DNA of 34,736 bases from Octopus bimaculoides (Eukaryota). Position numbers and translations under genes: made by a program. Positions 10,643 to 20,029 of the stretch are shown here, piece after piece (within the stretch, counting starts at the first letter, position 1; each line of letters opens with the position of its first letter). The notes under the pieces are model-generated. The model was not told where the DNA came from. It worked only from the letters and a program-made list of their open reading frames with translations, and did not search any database. The stretch lies in assembly GCF_001194135.2 (NCBI RefSeq), contig NC_069000.1, positions 41,187,916-41,222,651 on the forward strand. The letters are read 5' to 3'.

Positions 10643-12582
10643 TCATTTCTTTAGATTCTCTTGCAAAATAGCAAGCAAATTAGATCTAAATTCTTCATCT
10701 TTCTTTTCCTGCCTCATCTTTTCATTCTTTTGTACTTCAATTAGTGTGGCTAATTGTTGATTTGTTTCCTTGAAAAGTTCTAGAATTTTAGTTTGGAAAT
10801 CTTTTAATTGTTTCTCTCGAATTTCAGCTTCTTGTTGGTATTGCTGAACATGGAGCTGGAACCAATGTGGTACAGCTTCACTATTGCTCTCATTCTTTTC
10901 TCTTCTGAGCTCACCCACAGCTAAAGGCAAAGGCGATTCCAACAAGTTCAGTGTCTTATTAGTTAATAACCCCTTAGAAAGTTCGGAATTTTGTCTAGAG
11001 AAAACGTTAGACCCAGTAGCACCCACGTTCAAGCAGGGAGTCTCTGAGTGACTGGTGACTGGCATATTGTGAATTTCAGAGCTTGTCTGATTACTATTTG
11101 AAGTTGTATTGTGTTGAAGGGATTTTGAAGAGTTGATATCAGAAGTGATATCAGAAGTGATATCTTGTAATCTTGTGATGTTTGAAATATCATGGTTAAT
11201 GCCATTATCACTTGCAGAATCACAGATGTTGTTCATATTTTCAGGAAGCACAGATGCCTGTTGACAAAAGAGCTCTAAACTACAATCATTTTTAGTTCCA
11301 ATCGGTTCTGTAGGTAATTCTCCTAAAACAATTTTGTTGCTGTTCTGTAAATTTGCACCATTAGCATCATGACCTAATATTGTGGCAGTTGTTGTTGTTG
11401 TTGTGCTAGTAGTAGTAGTAGAAGTGGGAGCTGTAGCTAACGGTGTTATCGATGATACTGCTGATGACAACAATAATGATGATGATGTTGATGATGATGA
11501 GGAGGAGGATGATGAAGATGATGATGACGATGACGACGATGATGGTATTGAAGATGATGATGATGATGATGATGTGGATGATGACACAGATGTTGATGAC
11601 ACTGGATTCAAATCCTGAGGAGTCGAAATTTCCATATATAAGTTTGCCTCGTTACTGCTAGGTTCCATTTTAATGCTGAAAATTCCAAGATTGGCATCTT
11701 CTGATGTCCAGCTTTGTTCATTCGCTTTCTCCATCACAGATATGCTTGGAATAGTTGTTTGTTCAAAAGAGTTGTCGGCCTCTTTCTTTATCTCCCTTTG
11801 AAGTTCTGAGTCAGTGATTACTTCGACACTGTTCTGGATATCATCATTGAACGATGGCATTACAGTGATGACACTACCATTACCATTAGGACTGGGACGG
11901 AAACTATTCTGCAAGGACAAGGAGCTGCTCTCCAAATTGTCCCAATACTGTTTGCACACCTCCTCTTCCAAACTTATTTGTTTGAGAAAATTTTTCTCCA
12001 CTACCTGGTTGTCTTCTTCTCCCTCTGATCTCAGTGACGAATTCCACACATTGTTTTGCCAAATTCTATCAGCCTGGTTATCTATATGATCTTGCAGAAG
12101 ATTTTCAGTATTCTCCACAGTACTTACATCACGGTAATTATCCAAAAGTATTCGAGAAGAAAAATTGTCAGGGATAATATGAGAATCACAAGATGAAAGC
12201 AGATCCGCTGAAGAGTTGGCACTATCAACATCAATGGCAAAAACTGAATCAAAGGGACTCGGAAGTGAAGATGAGTCTTCTAACCTTGGATTTTGGAAAG
12301 CATAGTACATCATGTTCAAGACACCAAGGAAAGGCCAAACTTGATTGCTGCTCTCTGAAGAATTCTTCGACATTTTCAAATGGACGTATTTTTGTTTGAG
12401 TTCTTGCCATTTCTGTTGGCATTGTAAAGATGTCGTGTTTAAACCAAGGAGTTTCATTTTGTTTGAAATTTCCATCCATAATTCAGACTCACTTGTGATA
12501 TGAGATGGTTTCATCATGAAATATTGTGTTAACGACCTCAGAAGAAGCTCTATGCTTTCTCTGGACCATACACCACAGTCAC
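10643..12582 (-). CDS. Terminal exon of the integrase-H2C2/Myb-SANT chimeric gene: Myb/SANT-like trihelix domain, S/T-rich linker and C-terminal coiled coil
   Basis: 1940-bp uninterrupted frame. Acceptor TTATTATTTGCAG|GT at 12582 (phase 1). W-SRESIELLL..WMEISNKMKLLGLNTTSLQCQQKWQELKQKY..WPF fits the Myb_DNA-bind_4-type pattern. Stop TGA at 10643-10645. Confidence 0.9.
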
Positions 12583-12659
12583 CTGCAAATAATAATAATA
12601 AGAATAAGAATGATAACAGTTTCAAAGTCTGGCACAAGGCCATCAATTGTGGAAGAGGG

Positions 12660-12828
12660 GCTAAGTTGATTACATCAATCACAGTGCTCAAATGGTGTTT
12701 ATTTATCACCTCTGAAAGGATGAAAGGCAAAATCAACCTCGGTGGAATTTGAACTCAGAACAGAATGACTGACGAAATGTCACTAAGTATTTTGGCTGGT
12801 GTGTTAACCATTCTGCCAAATCAGCGCC
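12660..12828 (-). mobile_element. Nin/Deu-like SINE copy in the last intron (source of the false N-terminus of the 697-aa ORF)
   Basis: GAAAGGATGAAAGGCAAAATCAACCTCGGTGGAATTTGAACTCAGAAC matches 5670-5720. Confidence 0.75.
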
Positions 12829-12832
12829 TTAC

Positions 12833-12865
<33 letters not shown>

Positions 12866-13109
12866 TAAGGATAATACAGCATTGTGGGCATGGCTTGAGC
12901 GAGGTGATTTTAAACATACCACCAAAAGCTGCACAAGACCAGGCTCTCACTAACAATTCAGTGAAGTATAACATCTATAAAACTTCTGACACCCAGAAAG
13001 AGTGTGGAAAATGTGACCCAATTGCTAAGTAGATGCGAAAGCCTTGCACAAAAAGAATACAAGCACCACCACGATAAAGTGTGTGTGTATCTTCATTGGT
13101 TCTTATGCC

Positions 13110-13260
13110 ATAAATACCAATAAGCCTAACAACAGATATAGGAACCAGGATGTCCACTGGTTCAACCCAATTTTCGGTTTGCATGTTTCAACTAAGAATG
13201 CTGGAAAATGTTTTGCTGCTTTGAACAAGTGTTTACCTAAATCTAATCAGTATCCTACAC
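13110..13260 (+). mobile_element. Degraded Penelope-like element fragment
   Basis: RNQDVHWFNPIFGLHVSTKNAGKCFAALNKCLPKSN matches the PLE motif R.IIWFNPP(F/Y)S..V.TN.G..FL.L..KHFP. Confidence 0.6.
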
Positions 13261-13458
13261 CAACTCTGCTAATGTAGAGCAGCATAAACAATAGCAAAAT
13301 GCAGCAAAGGTTCAATGACCCACCTACTGGATCTAGCGAACATTTGGATCTAAATACCAACCAAGGAGATGTAAACCGCATTGATAAACACCAATTATGA
13401 CCAATTTGTAGTAGTTATATATATATATTGTATTATATATATATATATATATATGGGG

Positions 13459-13892
13459 GTTGTCTACTCCTTACAGAGTTTGACCACCTCCTGCACCTAC
13501 ACCTTAGCCCTTTCATGGCGTCTGATGTGGCTTTTTAAACCAGACAGTGTTTTGAAAAAACACCCACACAGATTGCACCTCTGGTTTGCACTACCAATAC
13601 CTGCAGGTAAGTTCTGCTCATTGTGGATCCTAACATGTCTTTTAAGACCCCCACTGGATTTGCAAGCCCTCTGGCACACACCACATTCAAACGTGTGCAC
13701 AGACATATAATCAGAATAGCTGGTTGAAGTTTGTTTTCCATGGGTTCGCAGGTGAGATTTGAGGCCAGCCAAGGACAGACATGGTCTGTCACAGACTGTG
13801 CACACAAAAAAGTCCTTGTCATTCACCTTCTCGATCTTTACATTTTTCCTTAAATATCTCTTGAGCCCTGCTTGCGTCATCCTGGCCTCTTC
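13459..13892 (-). mobile_element. RTE-type LINE 3' end with three C2H2 zinc fingers, copy 2, ORF intact (13497-13891)
   Basis: EARMTQAGLKRYLRK..CTVCDRPCLSLAGLKSHLRTH..CGVCQRACKSSGGLKRHVRIH..CNLCGCFFKTLSGLKSHIRRH, no stop or frameshift. Near-identical to 1253-1693. Confidence 0.85.
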
Positions 13893-13895
13893 TGT

Positions 13896-13949
<54 letters not shown>

Positions 13950-14118
13950 ACAAAATGATGATGATGATGATCACAAGGATATTGTTTAAGATCAATATTA
14001 TGATGATGATGGTAGCATGTATAATTTCATTTACATGTGTGTGGCAGGTATGTGAGCGGGAAAAAAATTGATGGAAATGTAAGAATGAAAATATAGATAA
14101 TCAATAAGACTAACTAAC

Positions 14119-14176
14119 TTGTAGTCTGCATGGAACTGGTCTCCTTCCAGGATGGATTTTCATTGGGCAACTGTAC
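14119..14176 (-). CDS. Exon of chimeric gene (VQLPNENPSWKETSSMQTT), phase 0 to 1
   Basis: Acceptor CTGCACTTTTTTAG|GTA, donor ACAA|GTTAGT, 58 nt. Supplies exactly the phase change needed between 15739 and 12582. Confidence 0.7.
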
Positions 14177-14368
14177 CTAAAAAAGTGCAGTGAAAAAACT
14201 GTTACACATGTCGAAATGAAATGATTTGTGACTCCCATGAAAAAATGTAAACTTGTACTTTAATTCATCCATGAGTTAGATTGAGTGAAAATAATAATTA
14301 ATTCAGGAGAAATTATTAAGTAGAAGCAATAATCGACAAATGCTAGATGAAATGAAGATATGAAACGA

Positions 14369-14786
14369 AGGCGTAGGAGTGACTGTGTGGTAAGTAGCTT
14401 GCTTACCAACCACATGGTTCCAGGTTCAGGCCCACTGCGTGGCACCTTGGGCAAGTGTCTTCTACTATAGCCTCGGGCCGACCAAAGCCTTGTGAGTGGA
14501 TTTGGTAGACGGAAACTGAAAGAAGCCCGTCGTATATATGTATATATATATACTATGTGTGTGTATATGTTTGTGTGTCTGTGTTTGTCTCCCCCTACCA
14601 ACATCGCTTGACAACCGTTGCTGGTGTGCTTACGTCCCCGTAATTTAGCGGTTCGGCGAAAAGAGACCGATAGAATAAGTACTAGGCTTACAAAGAATAA
14701 GTCTTAGGGTCGATTTTCTCGACTGAAGGCGGTGCTCCAGCATGGCTGCAGTCAAATGACTGAAACAAGTAAAAGAGTAAAAGAGT
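14369..14786 (+). mobile_element. CORE-like tRNA SINE (OR-type), full length
   Basis: Colinear with 6237-6643. Confidence 0.85.
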
Positions 14787-15039
14787 ATATACATTCCCAA
14801 ATGGATTGCTTATGACACACGTCTCTGTTGCAACTCTTGCTTGCCAGTAGAAGTCATAAATGAGCTGAGTAGAGTCAGTGGATATGTAATTAAAAGAGTT
14901 CACATAATTATATTTATTTATTTAACATGAAGAACCTGATGATATTTGTGTGCATGTGTGCATTTGCATATGTACATGTGTGTATAAGTAACTGCATGTA
15001 CGTATGCATGTGTGTGTCGCAGGGTGGATAACTAGATCT

Positions 15040-15135
15040 TTTATCTTCTACTAGTTTCAGTCATTAGACTACAGCCATGCTGGGGCACAGCCTTGAAGAA
15101 TTTTAGTCAAATGAAAAGACCCCAGTCTTTATTTT
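15040..15135 (-). mobile_element. 3' fragment of CORE-like SINE
   Basis: TTTCAGTCATTAGACTACAGCCATGCTGGGGCACAGCCTTGAAG is the reverse complement of the SINE 3' region. Confidence 0.6.
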
Positions 15136-15738
15136 CTTAAATAGACAGATAGGTATAATACAAAAAATAACAGATGAATGGATTATATGGTCTTCATTAA
15201 AAGACTGTATTGTGATGTATCATTGTACATTCAGTTACGTAAGACATACAACAGCCATAAGATTATACAATACATTACAATGCAATAACCTCGTAAATCC
15301 TCAAGCAACCATATGCCGGTCAAAATTTGATATGTTGTTAGACTGGCAAGCTCAACAGCATATCACATGAAACTCCATGTATGATAAACTGTAAAGAATC
15401 ATAAGTGTTTAAAATCCAAGAGACTTCAAACGCAACATACAGACACAGACACACAGAGCTCAACCTGTCTGCCTTGATGCTTGTTCTCACCAGTGCTTAC
15501 AAAAAAATAACCTATTAAATCCGGAAACAACATTCTCTGACTACTATACTACACTCCATCTACCTAAAAACACACAAATAGCTTCAACAGCAAACTGGTT
15601 CCAGATCTAATTAAAGCGTAGCATATCTAAGAATCAAGCTCCAATGGTTACTTCGCAACATCTGATGGAATCTGGCTGTGTCTTAAAACTGACCAGGCCA
15701 ACTCAACAACATAAATAATAACAAGAAACAGAACTTAC

Positions 15739-15789
15739 AATGTCATTTTGATACTGCCGAAGTTTCTGGCAAACTTCACACTCAGATAC
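15739..15789 (-). CDS. Exon of chimeric gene carrying the CxxC half of the integrase zinc finger (VSECEVCQKLRQYQNDI)
   Basis: Acceptor CTTTTTATTCTAACAG|GTA, donor ATT|GTAAGT, 51 nt, phase 0 to 0. Completes KKW-VSECEVCQ. Confidence 0.85.
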
Positions 15790-16059
15790 CTGTTAGAATA
15801 AAAAGATGCATTACAAACGTGTGTGTGTGTGTGTGTGTGCTTGCGTGAGAGAGAGAGAGAGAGACTGTGAGTGTATAGGTGCTTGAAATTACTATATAAT
15901 GACGGTAGTGAGCGTCTCTATAACGCCTATTGTTACTAATTCTTGATACTTCAAATACTGTACTCCCATGAAATAAAAAAACAAAGAACAAAATACAAAA
16001 CATGAACAGGCTCTAGAGAGTTTCTATGTTTTTTTGGTAAGTGAATACATTAAAAGTAC

Positions 16060-16390
16060 AGGCATAGCTAAGTGGTTAAGAAGCTTGCTTAACAACCACA
16101 AGGTCTCAGGCGCAGTACAACTGTGAGACATCTTGGGCATGTGGCTTCTACTACAGCCTTATGTGAGAAATTGGCAGAGAGAAACTGTGTAGAAGGTCAG
16201 TGAGGGTGACTGTCTATCCTGACACTGCTTGAAACAAAAAATCAAATGGGTCTGTGTTTGTGATCTGTCACTAAGTGGTGCAACAGAGGTCACTAATGTG
16301 GGAACCAGGCTTAATAAATAAGTACTGGGGTCAATATAACCAACTTTAAAAAATCCTTCAAAATAGTGACCCAACATGCTTGCCATTCAA
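16060..16390 (+). mobile_element. Old degenerate CORE-like SINE
   Basis: GGCATAGCTAAGTGGTTAAGAAGCTTGCTT..ACCACAAGG..CTTGGGCATGTGGCTTCTACTACAGCC, then AATAAGTACTGGGGTCAAT. Confidence 0.6.
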
Positions 16391-16483
16391 TAAAGGGAGC
16401 AAGTAATTTATTCTTTTGCTATATATATTTTATCTTTTTATTTTCTCACCTGACAGTATTTTTGAAAGTAAAGGATTGCTTAC

Positions 16484-16671
16484 CCATTTTTTAATGTCTT
16501 CAGTCAGTGATGACCAATAGTATTTTGAAGTAACCCGAAGCAAAGTTTTAGTCTCTCTCATATGTAACCCACTGGGGAGAATGTGGGAATACTTAAATAC
16601 TTTCAATTGGTCAGCCAGTTTGTCCAAAACAATTTTGGGTTCTTCATCTATTTTCTCAGAGATTGACGAAA
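16484..16671 (-). CDS. Exon of chimeric gene carrying the HH half of the Gypsy/Ginger-type integrase zinc-binding domain
   Basis: Acceptor TATTTTTTTCTCCTAG|TT, donor TGG|GTAAGC, 188 nt, phase 1 to 0. Encodes PKIVLDKLADQLKVFKYSHILPSGLHMRETKTLLRVTSKYYWSSLTEDIKKW. Confidence 0.85.
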
Positions 16672-17257
16672 CTAGGAGAAAAAAATACAAAACAAAGTTA
16701 GAATGATTTTATGAATCAAGCAGTCAATCAACAGGTTACTGATCATACATTAGCAAGAAAGTAACGTGTCTATAATAATTGATGCATGAGAACAGTAAAG
16801 GTCATGCTTATAATAATTGGTGCATTGAGAAAAATGTACATGTTTTGTCTTGCAAAAGATGGGTTACAGCAAATATTCTGCTCAATACCTCAGATTTGCT
16901 TGTCAGTTGTTAGTTGAACATTCTCTTGGTGGCTGATGATATGTGCATCCCTGACCATGAGCAGAAGTAGTGCAGGAGTATCATAGTCACGTGTTGAGAG
17001 GAATTCTTTGAAGTTTGAATAACTCCTCTCTGCCATGATGACTAAAACACTGAAGAGTTACCAGTTTCTCACTTAGTTCATCGCAAGGCTATGGTAGAAT
17101 AAATATTTCTCAGGAAGATCAAAGCCAGGTCGATCTGTTTGTGATGCTAATTTCTTAATTACACAGTCATTCCATGCACACAACAAAATATGGTAGGAAT
17201 TTATAAATAGAGGCAGAGTGGAAATGAATTTGAAAGACAGATTTATCATATACATAC

Positions 17258-17411
17258 CATTTGTTGCTAATTTAGCCAGTATCCGAGCATCGACTGAATT
17301 CTGTGCAATCTTCCACTGATAGGCCCGTAGCTTATCAGAACTTAGTCTCTTCTGTCGATCATATTTGTTTGTTATTGATTTTGGAGAATTCTTTGCAATA
17401 CTAATAGCAGA
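17258..17411 (-). CDS. Exon of chimeric gene (SAISIAKNSPK..RAYQWKIAQNSVDARILAKLATN)
   Basis: Acceptor GTTTTCCTTTTCCAG|TCT, donor ATG|GTATGT, 154 nt, phase 0 to 1. Only this frame is open. Confidence 0.75.
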
Positions 17412-17932
17412 CTGGAAAAGGAAAACATTTCACTGCATCAGTATATAAACACACACACACACACAGAGGCAACATATTAACACAGTTCAACCTGTCACAT
17501 GGTCAGATTGTCAGCAATTAAACTGGTAATCCAATGAAGCTTGCTTAGTGAGGAGGGTAATTTGGTCACCCTGCGAGAAGAAAATCAAAACCCATCAAAG
17601 GGTGGAGGAACTCGTAAGACTCAACAGCCTTCCAACAGTGTGTATACAGAAGAATTAACCTCAATGATGAAAATCCTTGAGCCAGGGTCATAACGAAGCC
17701 ATGGGGAGCAGCATGGCAGATGTGATGGTGGACATATTGATCTTCATTCAGTGAAACCACATGACAGTCTAGGTGGGAGAACCTCTTCAGCCAATGGTCA
17801 GTGAAGGGTCAACCAATCCAATTAGCAGATTGCTGCCACTTGATAGAACTGGCAATTCATCAACTCACTTTAGTTACTTAAGAACACAATGGAGTTCTGA
17901 GTCTCATAGTACACCAATTGAAGTTGGATAAC

Positions 17933-17978
<46 letters not shown>
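17933..17978. repeat. (GTA)n microsatellite
   Basis: Direct reading. Confidence 0.95.
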
Positions 17979-17979
<1 letters not shown>

Positions 17980-18614
17980 TGTGTAATGGTAGTCTCTCAA
18001 GTCAGAGAGAGACAGTACCAAGGAGCAAAATGTTTTCCACTTATAGCCCCAGGCCAAACAATAATTTGTGAGCGAATTTGGAAGACAGAAACTGAAAGAA
18101 GCCTGTCATGTGAACATATAAGCATGTGTGTATGTGTGTGTGTGTGTGCATGTGTTTGCACATGTGCGTGCAAATGTTCACAAACTTACAGAGTTATGCT
18201 ACAATGATACGACTGTTTGTAACTGAGCTGCAAGTGATGATATCAGCATTTAAGGCTTGAACTGCAAATCAGTGAAGTTTGTGTCCTGGAATTAAAATAT
18301 CTTCACTTGCAAAACAATTAAGAGATAGTGATGGCAAGAGCATGAAGCCACAGAAATCCTCCTTCAAATATTCAATCCACTTCATCTAAACCTCGCTAGA
18401 ATGAAAAAATAGACATTAAAATATCAAATGGACGAATGATAACATGAGTTCCATAATATCTCTCAGACAAACATTGTATGGAATGGAGTAACTAAGATTG
18501 GTAATGTGTGTGTGTGTTTACATATGTGTATGTGTGAAAGAGATAGAAAGAGAGAGAGACAAAGGAAAAGTGAGAGATACAGAGAAAGAGTATTATGCAG
18601 GTTTCTATATTGAT

Positions 18615-18808
18615 CGGTGGCACGTAAAAGCACCCACTACACTCTCGGAGTGGTTGGCGTTAGGAAGGGCATCCAGCTGTAGAAACTCTGCCAAATCAGA
18701 TTGGAGCATGGTGTCGCCTCCTGGTCCACCAGTCCTCAGTCAAATCGTCCAACCCATGCTAGCATGGAAAGCGGACGTTAAACGACGATGATGATGATGA
18801 TGATGATG
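18615..18808 (+). mobile_element. RTE LINE 3' UTR fragment with (GAT)n tail
   Basis: GGTGGCACGTAAAAGCACCCACTACACTCTCGGAGTGGTTGGCGTTAGGAAGGGCATCCAGCTGTAG..GGACGTTAAACGACGATGAT; matches 20630-20811, which follows RTE coding sequence. Confidence 0.85.
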
Positions 18809-18870
18809 TGTGTGTGTGTGTGTGGCCACATGTGAGAATATTCATGTTTTTAAGACACTATAATACTCAC

Positions 18871-18984
18871 TTTTAAACGATTTCTAGCAATCTGTGACCT
18901 GACCCTCTGTTGATCCAAATAACGCCTGTATTTTTCTGGGTCTCGTTCTTTCAACTGCCGACGCCATATTGTACTGCGGTTGAC
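18871..18984 (-). CDS. Most 5' identifiable exon of chimeric gene (VNRSTIWRRQLKERDPEKYRRYLDQQRVRSQIARNRLK), basic helical segment
   Basis: Acceptor TTTCATAACAG|GTC, donor AAA|GTGAGT, 114 nt, phase 0 to 0, open and protein-like. No in-frame ATG, so an upstream exon is missing. Confidence 0.7.
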
Positions 18985-19445
18985 CTGTTATGAAATATAA
19001 AAGAATATAGTTGTATGAAGATTAAAATGTTTTAAAATTGAAATATGTATGCATTTAAGAGCAAATGAGAGGAAAAGCTAAACTTCAGCTATACAAGACA
19101 GAAATAACTGCCATATCTCCCTGCTGCCTTATATATACAATGTGAGGGCTACAATATGGTAGCAAATCTACTGTCTTGTGTATGTATAAATAAGCCAAAA
19201 GGGAAACTTGTATATGATAGCAAGACCTGACACAAATAGTTGTCATATATTCTGAAAACCCACATCCTACTGTTTCATGTATGTATAAATGCAGGAACCA
19301 ACAAAGGTGACTTTCACATTCTATTGTCTAATGTCTGTATATATGTTGGTAAGAACCAACGTGTAGCTCTGCACATTACAACTTTCTAAAAAATAGCAGA
19401 TACATCTCCATATCACACAATGTTGTCACACACACATATATATAC

Positions 19446-19476
<31 letters not shown>

Positions 19477-19513
19477 GAGACACACATGTATATACACACA
19501 CACGCATATAAAC

Positions 19514-19980
19514 ACAAGAGGGTACCCAAAAGTATCAGGAAACGATCTGTGTGAGACAAGCCCATTGTAGTTCAGGCTTCCACTGCTAGAAGCCACTTGA
19601 TGCAACCCTCAGGCATCAGTCTGCCGATCAGCATTGTACACTCAGGTCATACTGTCATGTGATGCATCTTTATCTTGCAGTGCTTCTCCCCTGTTCATCA
19701 ATGTTTGCAATGTCTGAAACGAAGGAAGAGCATGCTTCTGTGAAATTCTGTTTTCTGCTGGGGAAAACGGAGGCCGAAACAGTTGTCATGCTTCAAACAG
19801 TTGTCATGCTTCAAACAGTTGTCATGCTTCAAACAGCTTACCAGGATGCTGTCATGAGCAAAACACAAGTTTATGAGTGATTTTTATGCTTTAGGAATGG
19901 TCACTAGTTGCTTGAGGACCAACCTCATTCAGAGCAACTGTTGACCTCCCAAATGAGTGGAAACATCATGAAAATTCATA
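19514..19980 (+). mobile_element. Mariner-like transposon 5' fragment (pseudogene)
   Basis: TIR-like ACAAGAGGGTACCCAAAAGT. MSETKEEHASVKFCFLLGKTEAETVVMLQTAYQDAVMSKTQVYE*FLCFRNG..LEDQPHS matches the mariner HTH N-terminus. Confidence 0.8.
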
Positions 19981-20029
19981 AACTGATTTTTAGTTTTTTT
20001 ATAATTCCTTGAGTATCTCTTTGGAGTTT

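Noticed and set aside
11382-11661. + strand ORFs rich in poly-Asp, poly-Val and poly-Met
   Set aside because: Antisense shadows of the Ser/Thr triplet repeats of the real minus-strand exon.
12583-12736. N-terminal 51 aa of the 697-aa ORF (MILPFILSEV..LLLLFA), which looks like a signal or TM segment
   Set aside because: It is read through an antisense SINE and an intronic (TTA)n tract upstream of a clear splice acceptor at 12582; not real coding sequence.
17540-17800. GC-richer segment with short ORFs, possibly a LINE 5' UTR
   Set aside because: No recognisable protein motif and no second copy in the window; cannot be supported.
18190-18265. Possible minus-strand exon ending at CT|GTAAGT
   Set aside because: The frame needed to join exon 17258-17411 contains stops.
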